A stretch of DNA of 64,000 bases from Oscillospiraceae bacterium. GTDB taxonomy: Bacteria; Bacillota; Clostridia; Oscillospirales; UBA929. The DNA is taken from positions 10,883 to 74,882 of the forward strand of contig WRAI01000007.1 in NCBI GenBank assembly GCA_009780275.1, read 5' to 3'. Position numbers and translations under genes: made by a program. The notes below the pieces were generated by a model, which saw only the letters and a list, made by a program, of their open reading frames with translations, was not told the origin of the DNA and did no database searches. Positions 17,100-26,225 of the stretch are shown piece after piece. Position 1 is the first letter of the stretch. Every line of letters starts with the position of its first letter.

Positions 17100-18038
17100 C
17101 TAGTCCGGCGGCAATTGTGCCGTGCTTATCGGAGTTCCCGCGATGTTTGTGGCATGGGGATTTACATGCACCATGCAATGTTTGACCGCAGAAAATGTCG
17201 CTTCGATAGCGTCATGCACATCCTGTGCGACGGCATGGCTTTCGTGCAGGGTATGTTCACCATCGATGCTGATTTCTACGTCGACATAGATTTTATCCCC
17301 AAAGAGGCGTGTTTTGAGTTCGTCAATGCCGCGCACTTTGTCGAATGCGTCAATCACATCGCGCATTTGTTGCTCGGTTGCTTCGTCGCACGCTTTGTCG
17401 GTCATTTTGCCTAAGGCGTCGCGAAATATGTCAAGCGCTGCTTTCAAGATAAGCGGACAAATAACGATTGCTGCAAGCGGGTCGAAGATGGGGAATCCTT
17501 GTCGCGCAATAAAAACGCCGATAAAGCTGGCAACTGAGGAGAGGGCATCGGCACGGTGATGCCATGCATCGGCCATCAGTGCGCCGGAGTTGATGCTCTT
17601 TGCCACACGGCGCTTGTACCAAAACATACCCTCCGTGACGATGATGGTAGCAGCCGCTGCAATTAAGGCAATCAAGCCCGGCGTGCCCATGTCAATGCCA
17701 TCGGATAAATCGACGGAAACAATATGCCGAATGCCGGTCCAACCTATGCCTATACCTGTTACAGCAAGCGCAATAGACACAAGAATGGCCGCTACACACT
17801 CAAAGCGCTCATGGCCGTAAGGGTGACTTTTGTCGGCTTTGCGGTTGGCTAGTTTGACGCCAATCATAGCGATGACTGTGGTCAGCATGTCCGATAACGA
17901 ATGCGCGGCATCGGCAAGCATGGCAGTAGACCCACCGACAATGCCGGCGATGAGCTTTAGTGGCGTGAGAATAAGAATGTCAAATGCTATGCCAACGGCC
18001 GATACGCGCATGGCTTTTTGTTCGTTGGTTCTGTTCAT
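17100..18038 (-). CDS. cation diffusion facilitator (CDF) family metal efflux transporter
   Basis: AHSLSDM, HPYGHERFE, and a C-terminal cytoplasmic domain (IDELKTRLFGDKIYVDVEI). Confidence 0.9.
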   Translation of the reverse strand: MNRTNEQKAMRVSAVGIAFDILILTPLKLIAGIVGGSTAMLADAAHSLSDMLTTVIAMIGVKLANRKADKSHPYGHERFECVAAILVSIALAVTGIGIGWTGIRHIVSVDLSDGIDMGTPGLIALIAAAATIIVTEGMFWYKRRVAKSINSGALMADAWHHRADALSSVASFIGVFIARQGFPIFDPLAAIVICPLILKAALDIFRDALGKMTDKACDEATEQQMRDVIDAFDKVRGIDELKTRLFGDKIYVDVEISIDGEHTLHESHAVAQDVHDAIEATFSAVKHCMVHVNPHATNIAGTPISTAQLPPD

Positions 18039-18053
18039 CTATATGCTGTCTCC

Positions 18054-19016
18054 TTATGCTGTAGTTCGTACAGACACTTCGCCCGATAATAGCGTGACGA
18101 TTTCGCCGTTGGTTTTCTTGACAACCAGTCGCCCGCTGTCATCAACATCGACGGCAAGTGCGTCATATACTTCTGTGGGCGCGTGGACAGTGATAATTTC
18201 TCCCAGTAGCGGCATACGTTGTTTGTATTGTGCCAACAAATCTTGCTCACTAAACGTTTGCGGCGTTTCCAGCTTTAACAAGCGGTTTGTTATATCGGCG
18301 ACAATGCGGTTGCGCGGAATGTCGGTGTGAATACTATCTGCGATGGCCTGCAATTCATTTGGGAATTCCGGTGTGTTGACGTTGATGCCGATGCCGACGA
18401 CAATCCAGCCGATTTGCCCGCTCTCGAGGTCGGCAACGCCCTCGGTCAGGATACCACAGACTTTTTTTCCATCGATTAAAATATCGTTGACCCACTTGAT
18501 GGTGGGAGTGAGCGCGGGCAATAAAGCCTCAATCATCTCGCAAACGGCAATAGCAGCATAGGCTGTTACCAGTGTCGGTGTAGATAGCCACAGCTGTGAG
18601 GGCCGCAAAATCAAGCTCATGTATATGCCGTGGGCTGAGAAAAACGCGCGGCCATATCGGCCTTTGCCCGCCGTTTGTGCGCCTGCGACAACGAGCGTGC
18701 CGTGGCTTGCGCCGTCAAGAGCAAGTTCTTTGGCGGTCTTGTTGGTTGATTCGAGTGATTCATGCACAAAGATAGGTAAGTCTTGGTGCGCCAAAAAAGG
18801 CTGAATGCCCTGTGCCGACAAAATGTCATTGTCCAGGCACAGGCAATAGCCTTTTTTTGTGACGGCGTCAATGTGGTGACCGTCCTTCTTGAGTTCGCGG
18901 ATGGCTTTCCAAACGGCATTGCGGCTGATAAAAAGCCGTGCGGCAAGAGTTTCTCCGGAAATGTGTTGCCCGCGATGCTGTTCGAGCTGGGCGAGGACTT
19001 GGTGTTTTGTTTTCAT
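18054..19016 (-). CDS. birA: bifunctional biotin--[acetyl-CoA-carboxylase] ligase / biotin operon repressor BirA
   Basis: N-terminal wHTH (ISGETLAARLFISRNAVWKAIRELKKDG), GAQTAGKGRYGR motif, and a C-terminal SH3-like domain. Start at MKTKHQ. Confidence 0.9.
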   Translation of the reverse strand: MKTKHQVLAQLEQHRGQHISGETLAARLFISRNAVWKAIRELKKDGHHIDAVTKKGYCLCLDNDILSAQGIQPFLAHQDLPIFVHESLESTNKTAKELALDGASHGTLVVAGAQTAGKGRYGRAFFSAHGIYMSLILRPSQLWLSTPTLVTAYAAIAVCEMIEALLPALTPTIKWVNDILIDGKKVCGILTEGVADLESGQIGWIVVGIGINVNTPEFPNELQAIADSIHTDIPRNRIVADITNRLLKLETPQTFSEQDLLAQYKQRMPLLGEIITVHAPTEVYDALAVDVDDSGRLVVKKTNGEIVTLLSGEVSVRTTA

Positions 19017-19243
19017 GATGATAGTATACGGCAACGGTGGAGAAAATGCAAGTGTCATGCAGGATATTTCGCAGATGTTGTGAGTGGGCAGTTCGGCACT
19101 TCTTGGGTGTTGCGCCTTGTGTACAGTGGTTGTTTGCTGATTTTTTGTAGGCTATGTCAGATCATCCCCTGGCCCGCCGCCTCCAAAATCAACGGCCGCC
19201 TACTCGGCGTTTCAAATTTTTTTGCAAGTTTCGACTCGATGTC

Positions 19244-19272
19244 TTGCATTTTTGTTTTCGATGTGGTATACT
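19244..19272 (+). promoter_or_regulatory. promoter of pyc
   Basis: TTGCAT-17 nt-TATACT with an extended -10 TG. Confidence 0.6.
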
Positions 19273-19334
19273 ACGAAAAATGTCTTCGTATGCCATGCGG
19301 GGGATTTAATGAAAGTATGAGGTAAGATGCCATC

Positions 19335-22300
19335 ATGAAGAAGATTAAAAAGGTACTTGTTGCCAACCGTGGTGAAATTGCCATCCGTGTATTCCGGGCC
19401 TGCAATGAGTTGGGGCTGAGCACAGTTGCGATTTACTCTAAGGAGGATACTTACAACTCGTTTCGCACTAAGGCGGACGAGTCGTACTTAATCGGGCAGG
19501 ACAAGACGCCGTTGGGTGCGTACTTGGACATTGACGCGATTATTAAACTGGCAAAGGAAAAAGAGGTCGATGCCATTCACCCCGGCTACGGATTCCTGTC
19601 GGAGAACGCCAATTTTGCGAGAGCCTGCGAAGAAAACGGCATTATTTTTATTGGTCCGCCCTCAACGGTGCTGGATAAAATGGGCGACAAGCTCAACGCT
19701 AAAGAAATCGCCAAGGCCTGCGGTGTGCCGACCATTCCTGGTTCGGAAAATCCACTAGCCGATATGGATGATGCGCTTGCCAAAGCGGCGCAGTATAAAT
19801 ATCCTGTCATTTTGAAAGCGGCGGCCGGTGGCGGCGGCAAGGGTATGCGTCGGGTTAACAATGCCGAAGAGTTGAAAGCGGCGTTCCCGCTGGTGCAGAA
19901 TGAGGCACTCAAAGCCTTTGGCAACGGCGATATTTTCATGGAGAAGTATCTTGTTGAGCCGAAGCATATTGAGATTCAAATTTTGGCTGATAAGCATGGC
20001 AACGTCGTTCACCTTTTCGAGCGTGACTGTTCGTTGCAGCGCCGCTATCAAAAAGTCATTGAGGTCGCGCCGGCTGTGTCATTGGATGAGAAAGTCAAGC
20101 AAGCACTTTATGACGATGCCGTCAAGATTGCCCATCATGTTGATTATGTGGCGCTGGGTACGTTTGAATTCTTAGTGGACAAGGAAAATAATCATTACTT
20201 CATCGAGGTCAACCCGCGTATTCAGGTTGAGCATACTATTACCGAAGTGATTACCGGCATTGACTTGGTGCAGGCACAAATCCACGTGGCAGAAGGGCAT
20301 AGACTTGATTCGGAATTGATTGACATTCCCACCCAGGAGTCCATTCAAATGCGCGGCGTGTCGATTCAGTGCCGCGTGACGACCGAAGATCCGCAAAACA
20401 ACTTTTCGCCTGACATCGGCAAAATCAGCGTCTATCGCTCCGGCGGCGGATACGGTGTACGGCTAGATGCCGGCAACACCTATACAGGTGCGGAAGTGTC
20501 GCCGTATTATGACAGCTTGCTGGTCAAAGCCATAACCTTTGACCGCACTTTCAAAGGCGCGACACGCAAGGCGATACGTTTGTTGAGTGAGATGCGGATT
20601 CGCGGCATTAAGACAAATATACGCTTTCTGCAAAATATTTTGGCGCACCCGAAGTTCGAATATTTGGACTGCAACGTGACATTTATTGACGACACCCCAT
20701 CGCTATACGAATTCCCAGAGCCGCAGGACCGTGGTACGAAGGTATTGAATTATATCGGCAACACAATCGTCAATGGAAAAGGTATACCCTCTGCACCGCC
20801 TGCACCGCCGATTCCCACAGCCTCAGGTGCACCGAAACCGGGCTTGAAACAGCTCTTGGATGAAAAGGGCGCAGATGCCGTGCGTGATTTTTGCTTGGAT
20901 AGTAAGAACGTGTTGATTTCCGACACGACGTTGCGTGATGCTCATCAATCGCTGTTGGCGACGCGTATTCGTACCCGCGACATGGCGAGCATTGCCGAGT
21001 ATATGTCGCACGCGCTGTCCGATGCTTTTGCGCTCGAAATGTGGGGCGGGGCGACGTTTGATTTGGCGTACCGCTACTTGCACGAGTCACCGTGGGAGCG
21101 TTTGGCGATTTTGCGTGAGAAAATCCCTAACATTCCATTTATGATGCTCTTTCGCGGTGCCAATGCCGTGGGCTACACGAGCTATCCCGACAATGTCATC
21201 AAGCAGTTTATCCAAGAGGCAGCAACGGCGGGTGTTGATGTCTTCCGTGTCTTCGATTCGCTTAACTGGTTGCCCAACGTGCAATTGTCCATTGAGGAGG
21301 TCGTCAAAGCTGGCAAGGTTGCCGAGGGCTATATTTGCTACACCGGTGACATTTCCGATGACAGCCGCGACAAATATGACCTGAAATACTATGTCAATAT
21401 GGCCAAAGAGCTTGAAAAAATGGGTGCACATATTCTCGGCATAAAGGATATGTCGGGCTTACTGAAACCTTATGCCGCCGAGAAATTGGTCAAGGCATTG
21501 AAGAGTGAGATTGGCCTGCCCATTCACTTGCACACGCACGATACCAGCGGCAACGGTGTGGCAACGTTGCTCAAAGCCGTCGAGGCCGGCGTAGACATTG
21601 TCGATACTGCGATTTCATCGCTGTCATCGTTGACCAGCCAACCGTCGATGAACTCTGTCGTTACGGCGTTGGAGGGGCAAGAACGCGACACGGGCATTCG
21701 CGACGCCGACATTTTGCCTATTTCAAGATACTGGGAAGTGGTGCGCGAGTATTACGCCAACTTTGAGGAGGGCTTAGAAGCCCCCGCGACTGACATTTAT
21801 CGTTACGAAATCCCCGGCGGGCAGTATACCAACTTGAAAGTGCAGGTCGAGAGCTTTGGCTTGGGTGACAGGTTTGTCGAGGTCAAAGAGAAGTACAAAG
21901 AGGCTAATGACATCCTTGGCGATATTGTAAAAGTCACGCCGTCATCGAAAATGGTGGGCGACTTGGCAATCTTCATGGTGCAAAATGAGCTGAATGCCAA
22001 CAATATTGTGGAAAAAGGCAAGAGTTTGGCTTTCCCTGACTCGGTGGTGAGCTACTTTGAAGGCATGATGGGACAGCCGCAGGGCGGATTTCCCAAAGAT
22101 CTGCAGGAAGTTGTGTTAAAAGGTAAAACGGCGATTACTTGCCGCCCGGGCGAGCTGCTTGAACCCATCGATTTTGACAAAGTAAAGCAAGAAATGCAAG
22201 CATTCCGCCCCAATGCAACCATGCAGGATGTGGTAGCGTATTGTTTGTACCCAAAAGTGTTCAAGGACTATTGCGCCAATGTCAAGGCGTATTCTGACCT

Positions 22301-22748
22301 ATCAGTGTTGGAGACATCGGTCTTCTTTAATGGATTGGCTGTTGGGCAGGTTACTGAGGTCAAGATTGAGGATGGAAAAACGTTGATGATTAAGCTGGTC
22401 AGCGTGGGTGAAGCCAATGCCGACGGTGAACGCAACATGATTTTTGAACTCAATGGAGACCGCCGTGAAATCGTTGTGCGCGATGCCAAGCAGAGCGCGT
22501 CCTCGGCAGTTGTGACGATGGCAAACGCTGACAACCCGATGGAAATCGGCGCAAGCATTCCCGGCACGGTCAACAAAATCAACGTCAAGCCGGGCGATAA
22601 AGTCAAGAAAAACGCCGTACTGGCGGTTATAGAGGCCATGAAGATGGAAACGACCGTTGTCAGTAAAGTGGACGGCGTGATTGATCAAGTGCTGGTTAGG
22701 GAGAAGCAGGCGGTTAAGGCCGGGGAATTGGTTGTCGTAATGAAGTAG
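19335..22748 (+). CDS. pyc: pyruvate carboxylase
   Basis: 1137 aa with biotin carboxylase N-terminus, carboxyltransferase (HTHDTSG) and a C-terminal biotinyl domain (EAMKME). Confidence 0.97.
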   Translation: MKKIKKVLVANRGEIAIRVFRACNELGLSTVAIYSKEDTYNSFRTKADESYLIGQDKTPLGAYLDIDAIIKLAKEKEVDAIHPGYGFLSENANFARACEENGIIFIGPPSTVLDKMGDKLNAKEIAKACGVPTIPGSENPLADMDDALAKAAQYKYPVILKAAAGGGGKGMRRVNNAEELKAAFPLVQNEALKAFGNGDIFMEKYLVEPKHIEIQILADKHGNVVHLFERDCSLQRRYQKVIEVAPAVSLDEKVKQALYDDAVKIAHHVDYVALGTFEFLVDKENNHYFIEVNPRIQVEHTITEVITGIDLVQAQIHVAEGHRLDSELIDIPTQESIQMRGVSIQCRVTTEDPQNNFSPDIGKISVYRSGGGYGVRLDAGNTYTGAEVSPYYDSLLVKAITFDRTFKGATRKAIRLLSEMRIRGIKTNIRFLQNILAHPKFEYLDCNVTFIDDTPSLYEFPEPQDRGTKVLNYIGNTIVNGKGIPSAPPAPPIPTASGAPKPGLKQLLDEKGADAVRDFCLDSKNVLISDTTLRDAHQSLLATRIRTRDMASIAEYMSHALSDAFALEMWGGATFDLAYRYLHESPWERLAILREKIPNIPFMMLFRGANAVGYTSYPDNVIKQFIQEAATAGVDVFRVFDSLNWLPNVQLSIEEVVKAGKVAEGYICYTGDISDDSRDKYDLKYYVNMAKELEKMGAHILGIKDMSGLLKPYAAEKLVKALKSEIGLPIHLHTHDTSGNGVATLLKAVEAGVDIVDTAISSLSSLTSQPSMNSVVTALEGQERDTGIRDADILPISRYWEVVREYYANFEEGLEAPATDIYRYEIPGGQYTNLKVQVESFGLGDRFVEVKEKYKEANDILGDIVKVTPSSKMVGDLAIFMVQNELNANNIVEKGKSLAFPDSVVSYFEGMMGQPQGGFPKDLQEVVLKGKTAITCRPGELLEPIDFDKVKQEMQAFRPNATMQDVVAYCLYPKVFKDYCANVKAYSDLSVLETSVFFNGLAVGQVTEVKIEDGKTLMIKLVSVGEANADGERNMIFELNGDRREIVVRDAKQSASSAVVTMANADNPMEIGASIPGTVNKINVKPGDKVKKNAVLAVIEAMKMETTVVSKVDGVIDQVLVREKQAVKAGELVVVMK

Positions 22749-23060
22749 GATAACCGTGACCCACAAATACATTGTTACGATAGCAATAAAAACCTGCAAA
22801 GAAAAGTCAAGCAATTTTTTTAGTAGAAATTTTACGCTTTTGTTCCAATTTCGATTCATTTTGGTTAGTTACACGAAGGCTCATGTGAGCTTCAACCTGC
22901 TTAATCGAACCTTTACAACAAGGGGTGGCGGACTGTTTTTATTTCGGGTGCGTTAATCCTAAAAGACCACGCCCGACCAATTACTCCCTTATTGTAAAAA
23001 ATAAGTGCAAATGCTCAATGCCTGCATTAGACATTTTGCAATTACACTTTTATCCTACTA

Positions 23061-23093
23061 AAAAGAACCATCAAAATAAGATGGTTCTTTTTT
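23061..23093. terminator. bidirectional rho-independent terminator
   Basis: AAAAGAACCATC-loop-GATGGTTCTTTT with T/A runs on both sides. Confidence 0.7.
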
Positions 23094-23103
23094 GCGTTGT
23101 TAA

Positions 23104-23379
23104 TTAGTTATCGTCGTCGTTACCTTCGATGTCGTCAACGATGTCATGGTATCCGTCTTCAATGTCGTCAACGATATCTTCAGCACCATCTTCAATACCA
23201 TCAACGATGTCCTCAGCGCCATCTTCAACATCATCAACGATGCCTTCAAACTCAGTTGTGACTCGATGCTCACCTTCACGGAGGTCGTCTTCGACATCGT
23301 CGTTATCGCAACCAACCATGAATGCCATGGCAAGCATCAGCACCAGAGCCAACAGAATCAGTTTTTTCACACATTTCAC
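23104..23379 (-). CDS. small lipoprotein with tandem acidic 11-aa repeats
   Basis: MKCVKKLILLALVLMLAMAFMVGC lipobox. C-terminal half = GIVDDVEDGAE / DIVDGIEDGAE / DIVDDIEDGYH / DIVDDIEGNDDDN. Confidence 0.7.
   Translation of the reverse strand: MKCVKKLILLALVLMLAMAFMVGCDNDDVEDDLREGEHRVTTEFEGIVDDVEDGAEDIVDGIEDGAEDIVDDIEDGYHDIVDDIEGNDDDN
23107..23244. repeat. 4 x ~33-nt in-frame tandem repeat
   Basis: The nucleotide periodicity is visible (…gtcgtcaacgat…tcttcaat…). It encodes the DIVDxIEDGxx units. Confidence 0.8.
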
Positions 23380-23468
23380 CTCCCTTCAAGTATATTCAAG
23401 TATGTAAACATTCAGTGACTTGTATGATATCTAGCAGCATCCTATGCTACCAGAGCGATGGAATGCGT

Positions 23469-24047
23469 CTATACAACGCCTAACCCACCAAGCAAGATAC
23501 GCAGCCCCATCAACACCAGCACCGCACCGCCAAAAAACTCGGCTTTTGTTTTGAATTTTATGCCGAGCAGTCGCCCGAGTTTCAATCCTAACGTAGACAG
23601 TCCCAATGTTACGATGCCAATTAGCAGTACAGCGGAAAAGATATTAACCCTCAATAAGGAGAATGACACGCCGACGATCAACGCATCAATGCTCGTGGCA
23701 AAAGCCAACGGAATGATGCCGGCATGCGTAAGCGTGCCGCATTGACAGGTATCAGTTTTGCATGTGCAAGAATCAGGTTTGCGGCAGGCAAGCATCATCT
23801 TACCGCCGATAAATGCCAGTACGGCAAAAGCAATCCAGTAGCCAAACGCGTCCACATGGTGAGAGAACTGTGTGCCGAGCAGATAGCCGATAAGCGGCAT
23901 GCCGGCTTGAAATACGCCAAAGTACAGCCCCACAGTGAGCATATGCTTTAGAGTGGGCTTAAACATGGAAAGCCCGAGGCAAACGGCAACAGCAAAAGCA
24001 TCCGCCGCAAGCCCGATGGCGATCAAAGTTAACTCCATAAAACTCAT
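23469..24047 (-). CDS. mntP: manganese efflux pump MntP
   Basis: MELTLIAIGLAADAFAVAV…, ATSIDALIVG, 192 aa. The central loop is Cys-rich (CRKPDSCTCKTDTCQCG). Confidence 0.88.
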   Translation of the reverse strand: MSFMELTLIAIGLAADAFAVAVCLGLSMFKPTLKHMLTVGLYFGVFQAGMPLIGYLLGTQFSHHVDAFGYWIAFAVLAFIGGKMMLACRKPDSCTCKTDTCQCGTLTHAGIIPLAFATSIDALIVGVSFSLLRVNIFSAVLLIGIVTLGLSTLGLKLGRLLGIKFKTKAEFFGGAVLVLMGLRILLGGLGVV

Positions 24048-24077
24048 AGCAAGCTATTATACCACATCTTTAGCAAT

Positions 24078-24109
24078 AAAGCAAGAGGGACGTCCGGAAA
24101 GACGTCCCT
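24078..24109 (-). terminator. terminator-like hairpin between the TM2 gene and mntP
   Basis: Minus strand: AGGGACGTC-TTTCCG-GACGTCCCT followed by CTTGCTTTATTG, which also contains a TTGCTT-17-TATAAT promoter for mntP. Confidence 0.5.
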
Positions 24110-24125
24110 GTACTATGCGTCTAGG

Positions 24126-24461
24126 TTAAATCACTGCGGTGAGGTTGTTGAAATTCAGTTCTTTGGTCTTTTTGGAAATTGTGAACCAGTCGATGATGGT
24201 TAAGATACCACAGACACCCCATGTGAGAAGTTTTAATACGCCCATGCCTGTGTCGCCAAGCATAAAGCGGTCAATGCCCAGACTGCCTAGGAAGATGGAA
24301 ACGAGTAAGAGTGTGGTCGGATCTTTCAGTTCAACCGTCGAGATAAGTGTAAACTTTTCTTCCGGCATTGCCAAGAGCTTTTCTTTTAAGTACATGATTT
24401 TCTCGGCGGGGAAATACTTTTGATTAGTCATGATATACATATCCACTTTTTGCTGATCCAT
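24126..24461 (-). CDS. TM2 domain-containing membrane protein
   Basis: GSLGIDRFMLGDTGMGVLKLLTWGVCGILTIIDWF = TM2 domain. Start at MDQQKV after GGAGGA. Confidence 0.85.
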   Translation of the reverse strand: MDQQKVDMYIMTNQKYFPAEKIMYLKEKLLAMPEEKFTLISTVELKDPTTLLLVSIFLGSLGIDRFMLGDTGMGVLKLLTWGVCGILTIIDWFTISKKTKELNFNNLTAVI

Positions 24462-24520
24462 GATAAAATCCTCCATTTATTTGTAGAATAACGGAAGTAT
24501 AGCACAAATGATGGCGATTG

Positions 24521-24865
24521 TCAAGGGATATAGAAAAAAATTATACGCACAAGATAAACGATGAAAGCAATGATGCCTGAGGTGATTAAAACAATATCTT
24601 TTGCTCTCTTGCTTATATTGAGAGAATTTTTGCACAGGAGGAATACAATCAGTATGAGGGCAGGTATAGCCAAAGGGTGGTAATAAAAAGAGGCGCAGAA
24701 GTTCAATGTAAAAAGCGCGATAACAGCGCGTGTCATGCCGCAGGCAGGGCAGGGGATGCCGCTTATCATACGGATAGGGCAGTTGCCGAGAAAGGCATAA
24801 AACGCAGCCAGCGCAATGCCAATAATAAAAATATAGGGAAGTTTTTTTAGATATGTATTTCTCAT
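24521..24865 (-). CDS. DUF2752 domain-containing membrane protein
   Basis: CPIRMISGIPCPACGMTRA signature. Often paired with TM2 proteins. Confidence 0.8.
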   Translation of the reverse strand: MRNTYLKKLPYIFIIGIALAAFYAFLGNCPIRMISGIPCPACGMTRAVIALFTLNFCASFYYHPLAIPALILIVFLLCKNSLNISKRAKDIVLITSGIIAFIVYLVRIIFFYIP

Positions 24866-24925
24866 GAGGGGAGTATAGCACACATTCATAAACAAAGCAA
24901 ATGGTTTGTCGCGAACCGCAGCCTG

Positions 24926-24958
24926 ACAAAAACCGCTCGGGGGGCGAGCGGTTTTTGT
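24926..24958 (-). terminator. rho-independent terminator
   Basis: Stem CCGCTCG-GGGGG-CGAGCGG extended by an A-run and T-run on either side, so it could work in both directions. Confidence 0.7.
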
Positions 24959-25031
24959 CCTGGAGAAAATAGGAGGAATCCCAACATGCGAAACGCATGT
25001 GGCATAAGAAAAGCGTAGTCGATGTAAAGGT

Positions 25032-25151
25032 TTAGTGACTCACACGTTTGCGTAAAAACAGCAGCTTGACAACTAATGCCACTGCCGCCACAGCGGTGGC
25101 GATGCAAATGATTTTTACGCGAAAGCTTTGAAAAATTTGAAGATTCATCAT
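25032..25151 (-). CDS. possible 39-aa single-TM peptide
   Basis: MMNLQIFQSFRVKIICIATAVAAVALVVKLLFLRKRVSH. Weak RBS, just downstream of lexA. The longer ORF form overlaps lexA. Confidence 0.3.
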   Translation of the reverse strand: MMNLQIFQSFRVKIICIATAVAAVALVVKLLFLRKRVSH

Positions 25152-25161
25152 TAGTACCCCT

Positions 25162-25755
25162 CTAATATTCTCGAACCAAAGCAGTGACAATGCCAAGGAT
25201 TTCGCATCCTGTACCGTCAATGGGTTCGTAATCGTCATTTTCAGGCAAAAGCCAGCATTCGCCGCGCGAATCAGACTGATAGCGTTTCACGGTTGCTTCA
25301 CCATCAATCATAGCCACAACGATTTGCCCGTTTTCGGCGTTGTTTTGTTGGCGTACAATGACAAAATCACCGTCCAAAATGCCGGCATTAATCATGGATT
25401 CACCAAGTACCAACAACGCAAAATGTTCGGCATCGGTTTCGGGTTTATAGCGAACAAAGCCTCGCTTAGACTCAATAGCAGTAATGGGCTCACCCGCTGT
25501 AACATCGCCGGCAAGCGGCACGAAACCGGGCATGGCACCATCGGGGAGTTTTAAGGCCCGCGGCTTGCCGTCATCGCGCAAGATGAGCCCGCGATCAATC
25601 AATGTGTTGATATGAGTATGTGCCGTCGAAGGGGAACGCAAACGCACAGCCGCACAAATTTCGCGTACAGTAGGCGGGTAGCCATTCGTGGCCGAAAAGT
25701 CCAAAATAAACTGATATACTTTTGTTGCTGTTTTCCCTAAAGGCCGTTGTTTCAC
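25162..25755 (-). CDS. lexA: SOS transcriptional repressor LexA
   Basis: wHTH (GYPPTVREICAAVRLRSPSTAHTHINTLIDRG), cleavage/peptidase S24 domain (GESMINAGILDGDFVIV…EATVKR). GTG start preceded by GAGGTGG gives 197 aa. Confidence 0.92.
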   Translation of the reverse strand: MKQRPLGKTATKVYQFILDFSATNGYPPTVREICAAVRLRSPSTAHTHINTLIDRGLILRDDGKPRALKLPDGAMPGFVPLAGDVTAGEPITAIESKRGFVRYKPETDAEHFALLVLGESMINAGILDGDFVIVRQQNNAENGQIVVAMIDGEATVKRYQSDSRGECWLLPENDDYEPIDGTGCEILGIVTALVREY

Positions 25756-25912
25756 AAAGCCCACCTCACAATCATTGGTTACCATAAGACACGCTGCTAT
25801 GGGTCCATGCTCATGCATAAAATACCGGATTCAAACAATATATGACATTGAAATCAATAGTCGACACAATATACAGTGCTTTACGTTTGGGTTACATAAA
25901 TCTGACAATTTC

Positions 25913-25941
25913 ATTGTACAGAATGCAAAGCGATCTGTCAA
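25913..25941 (-). promoter_or_regulatory. promoter of lexA
   Basis: Minus strand: TTGACA-17 nt-TACAAT, about 160 nt upstream of the start. Confidence 0.6.
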
Positions 25942-25945
25942 GTCT

Positions 25946-26209
25946 TTATTTACAATGACGGCAAAAATTCATTAACTTCTTAGAATTTTCTCCATCGGCT
26001 TGTCTTTTGCAAGCTTGTCCACCGACTCGTCCAATCGAAGAATATTTTGCATCAGTGGACTGGCGATATTTTCGACAAGACCCATCGTCAAAGGTGGCGT
26101 GAACTTTGACATGCCCTTTACCGAATTTGGCTTTAACATCATAGGGGCATTCAATGTATGCGGCGTCTATGTCTGGCACTTTGTAGATAATTTGCTTCGA
26201 ATGTGTCAT
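25946..26209 (-). pseudogene. DUF1905-family gene, probably frameshifted
   Basis: N-terminus [37 protein letters not shown] fits DUF1905. After DDG the reading frame becomes non-homologous. A second frame (ORF 25972..26154) continues with …[32 protein letters not shown], loosely like the expected C-terminus. Confidence 0.5.
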
Positions 26210-26225
26210 AGGTTTTCATGACGCA

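Noticed and set aside
19017-19334. BirA operator between birA and pyc
   Set aside because: No clear bioO-like inverted repeat could be identified by eye. Only the pyc promoter is reported.
19586-22859. Numerous minus-strand ORFs opposite pyc (e.g. 22302..22859, 22268..22639, 21087..21431)
   Set aside because: All lie within the 1137-aa pyruvate carboxylase gene. They show no motifs and are typical GC-rich antisense frames.
23129-23418. Two plus-strand ORFs (92 and 90 aa) opposite the acidic-repeat lipoprotein gene
   Set aside because: These are Ser-rich repeat shadows. Only the minus-strand frame has a lipoprotein signal and a terminator.
24477-24998. 173-aa minus-strand ORF in another frame over the DUF2752 gene
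   Set aside because: The 24521..24865 frame carries the diagnostic CPxCGxTRA motif. The alternative frame is Cys/His/Tyr-rich noise and crosses a terminator.
25756-25945. Search for a LexA (SOS) box GAAC-N4-GTTC upstream of lexA
   Set aside because: I found no convincing match, only weak partial palindromes (e.g. GATTCAAAC…CATTGAAATC). No operator is reported.
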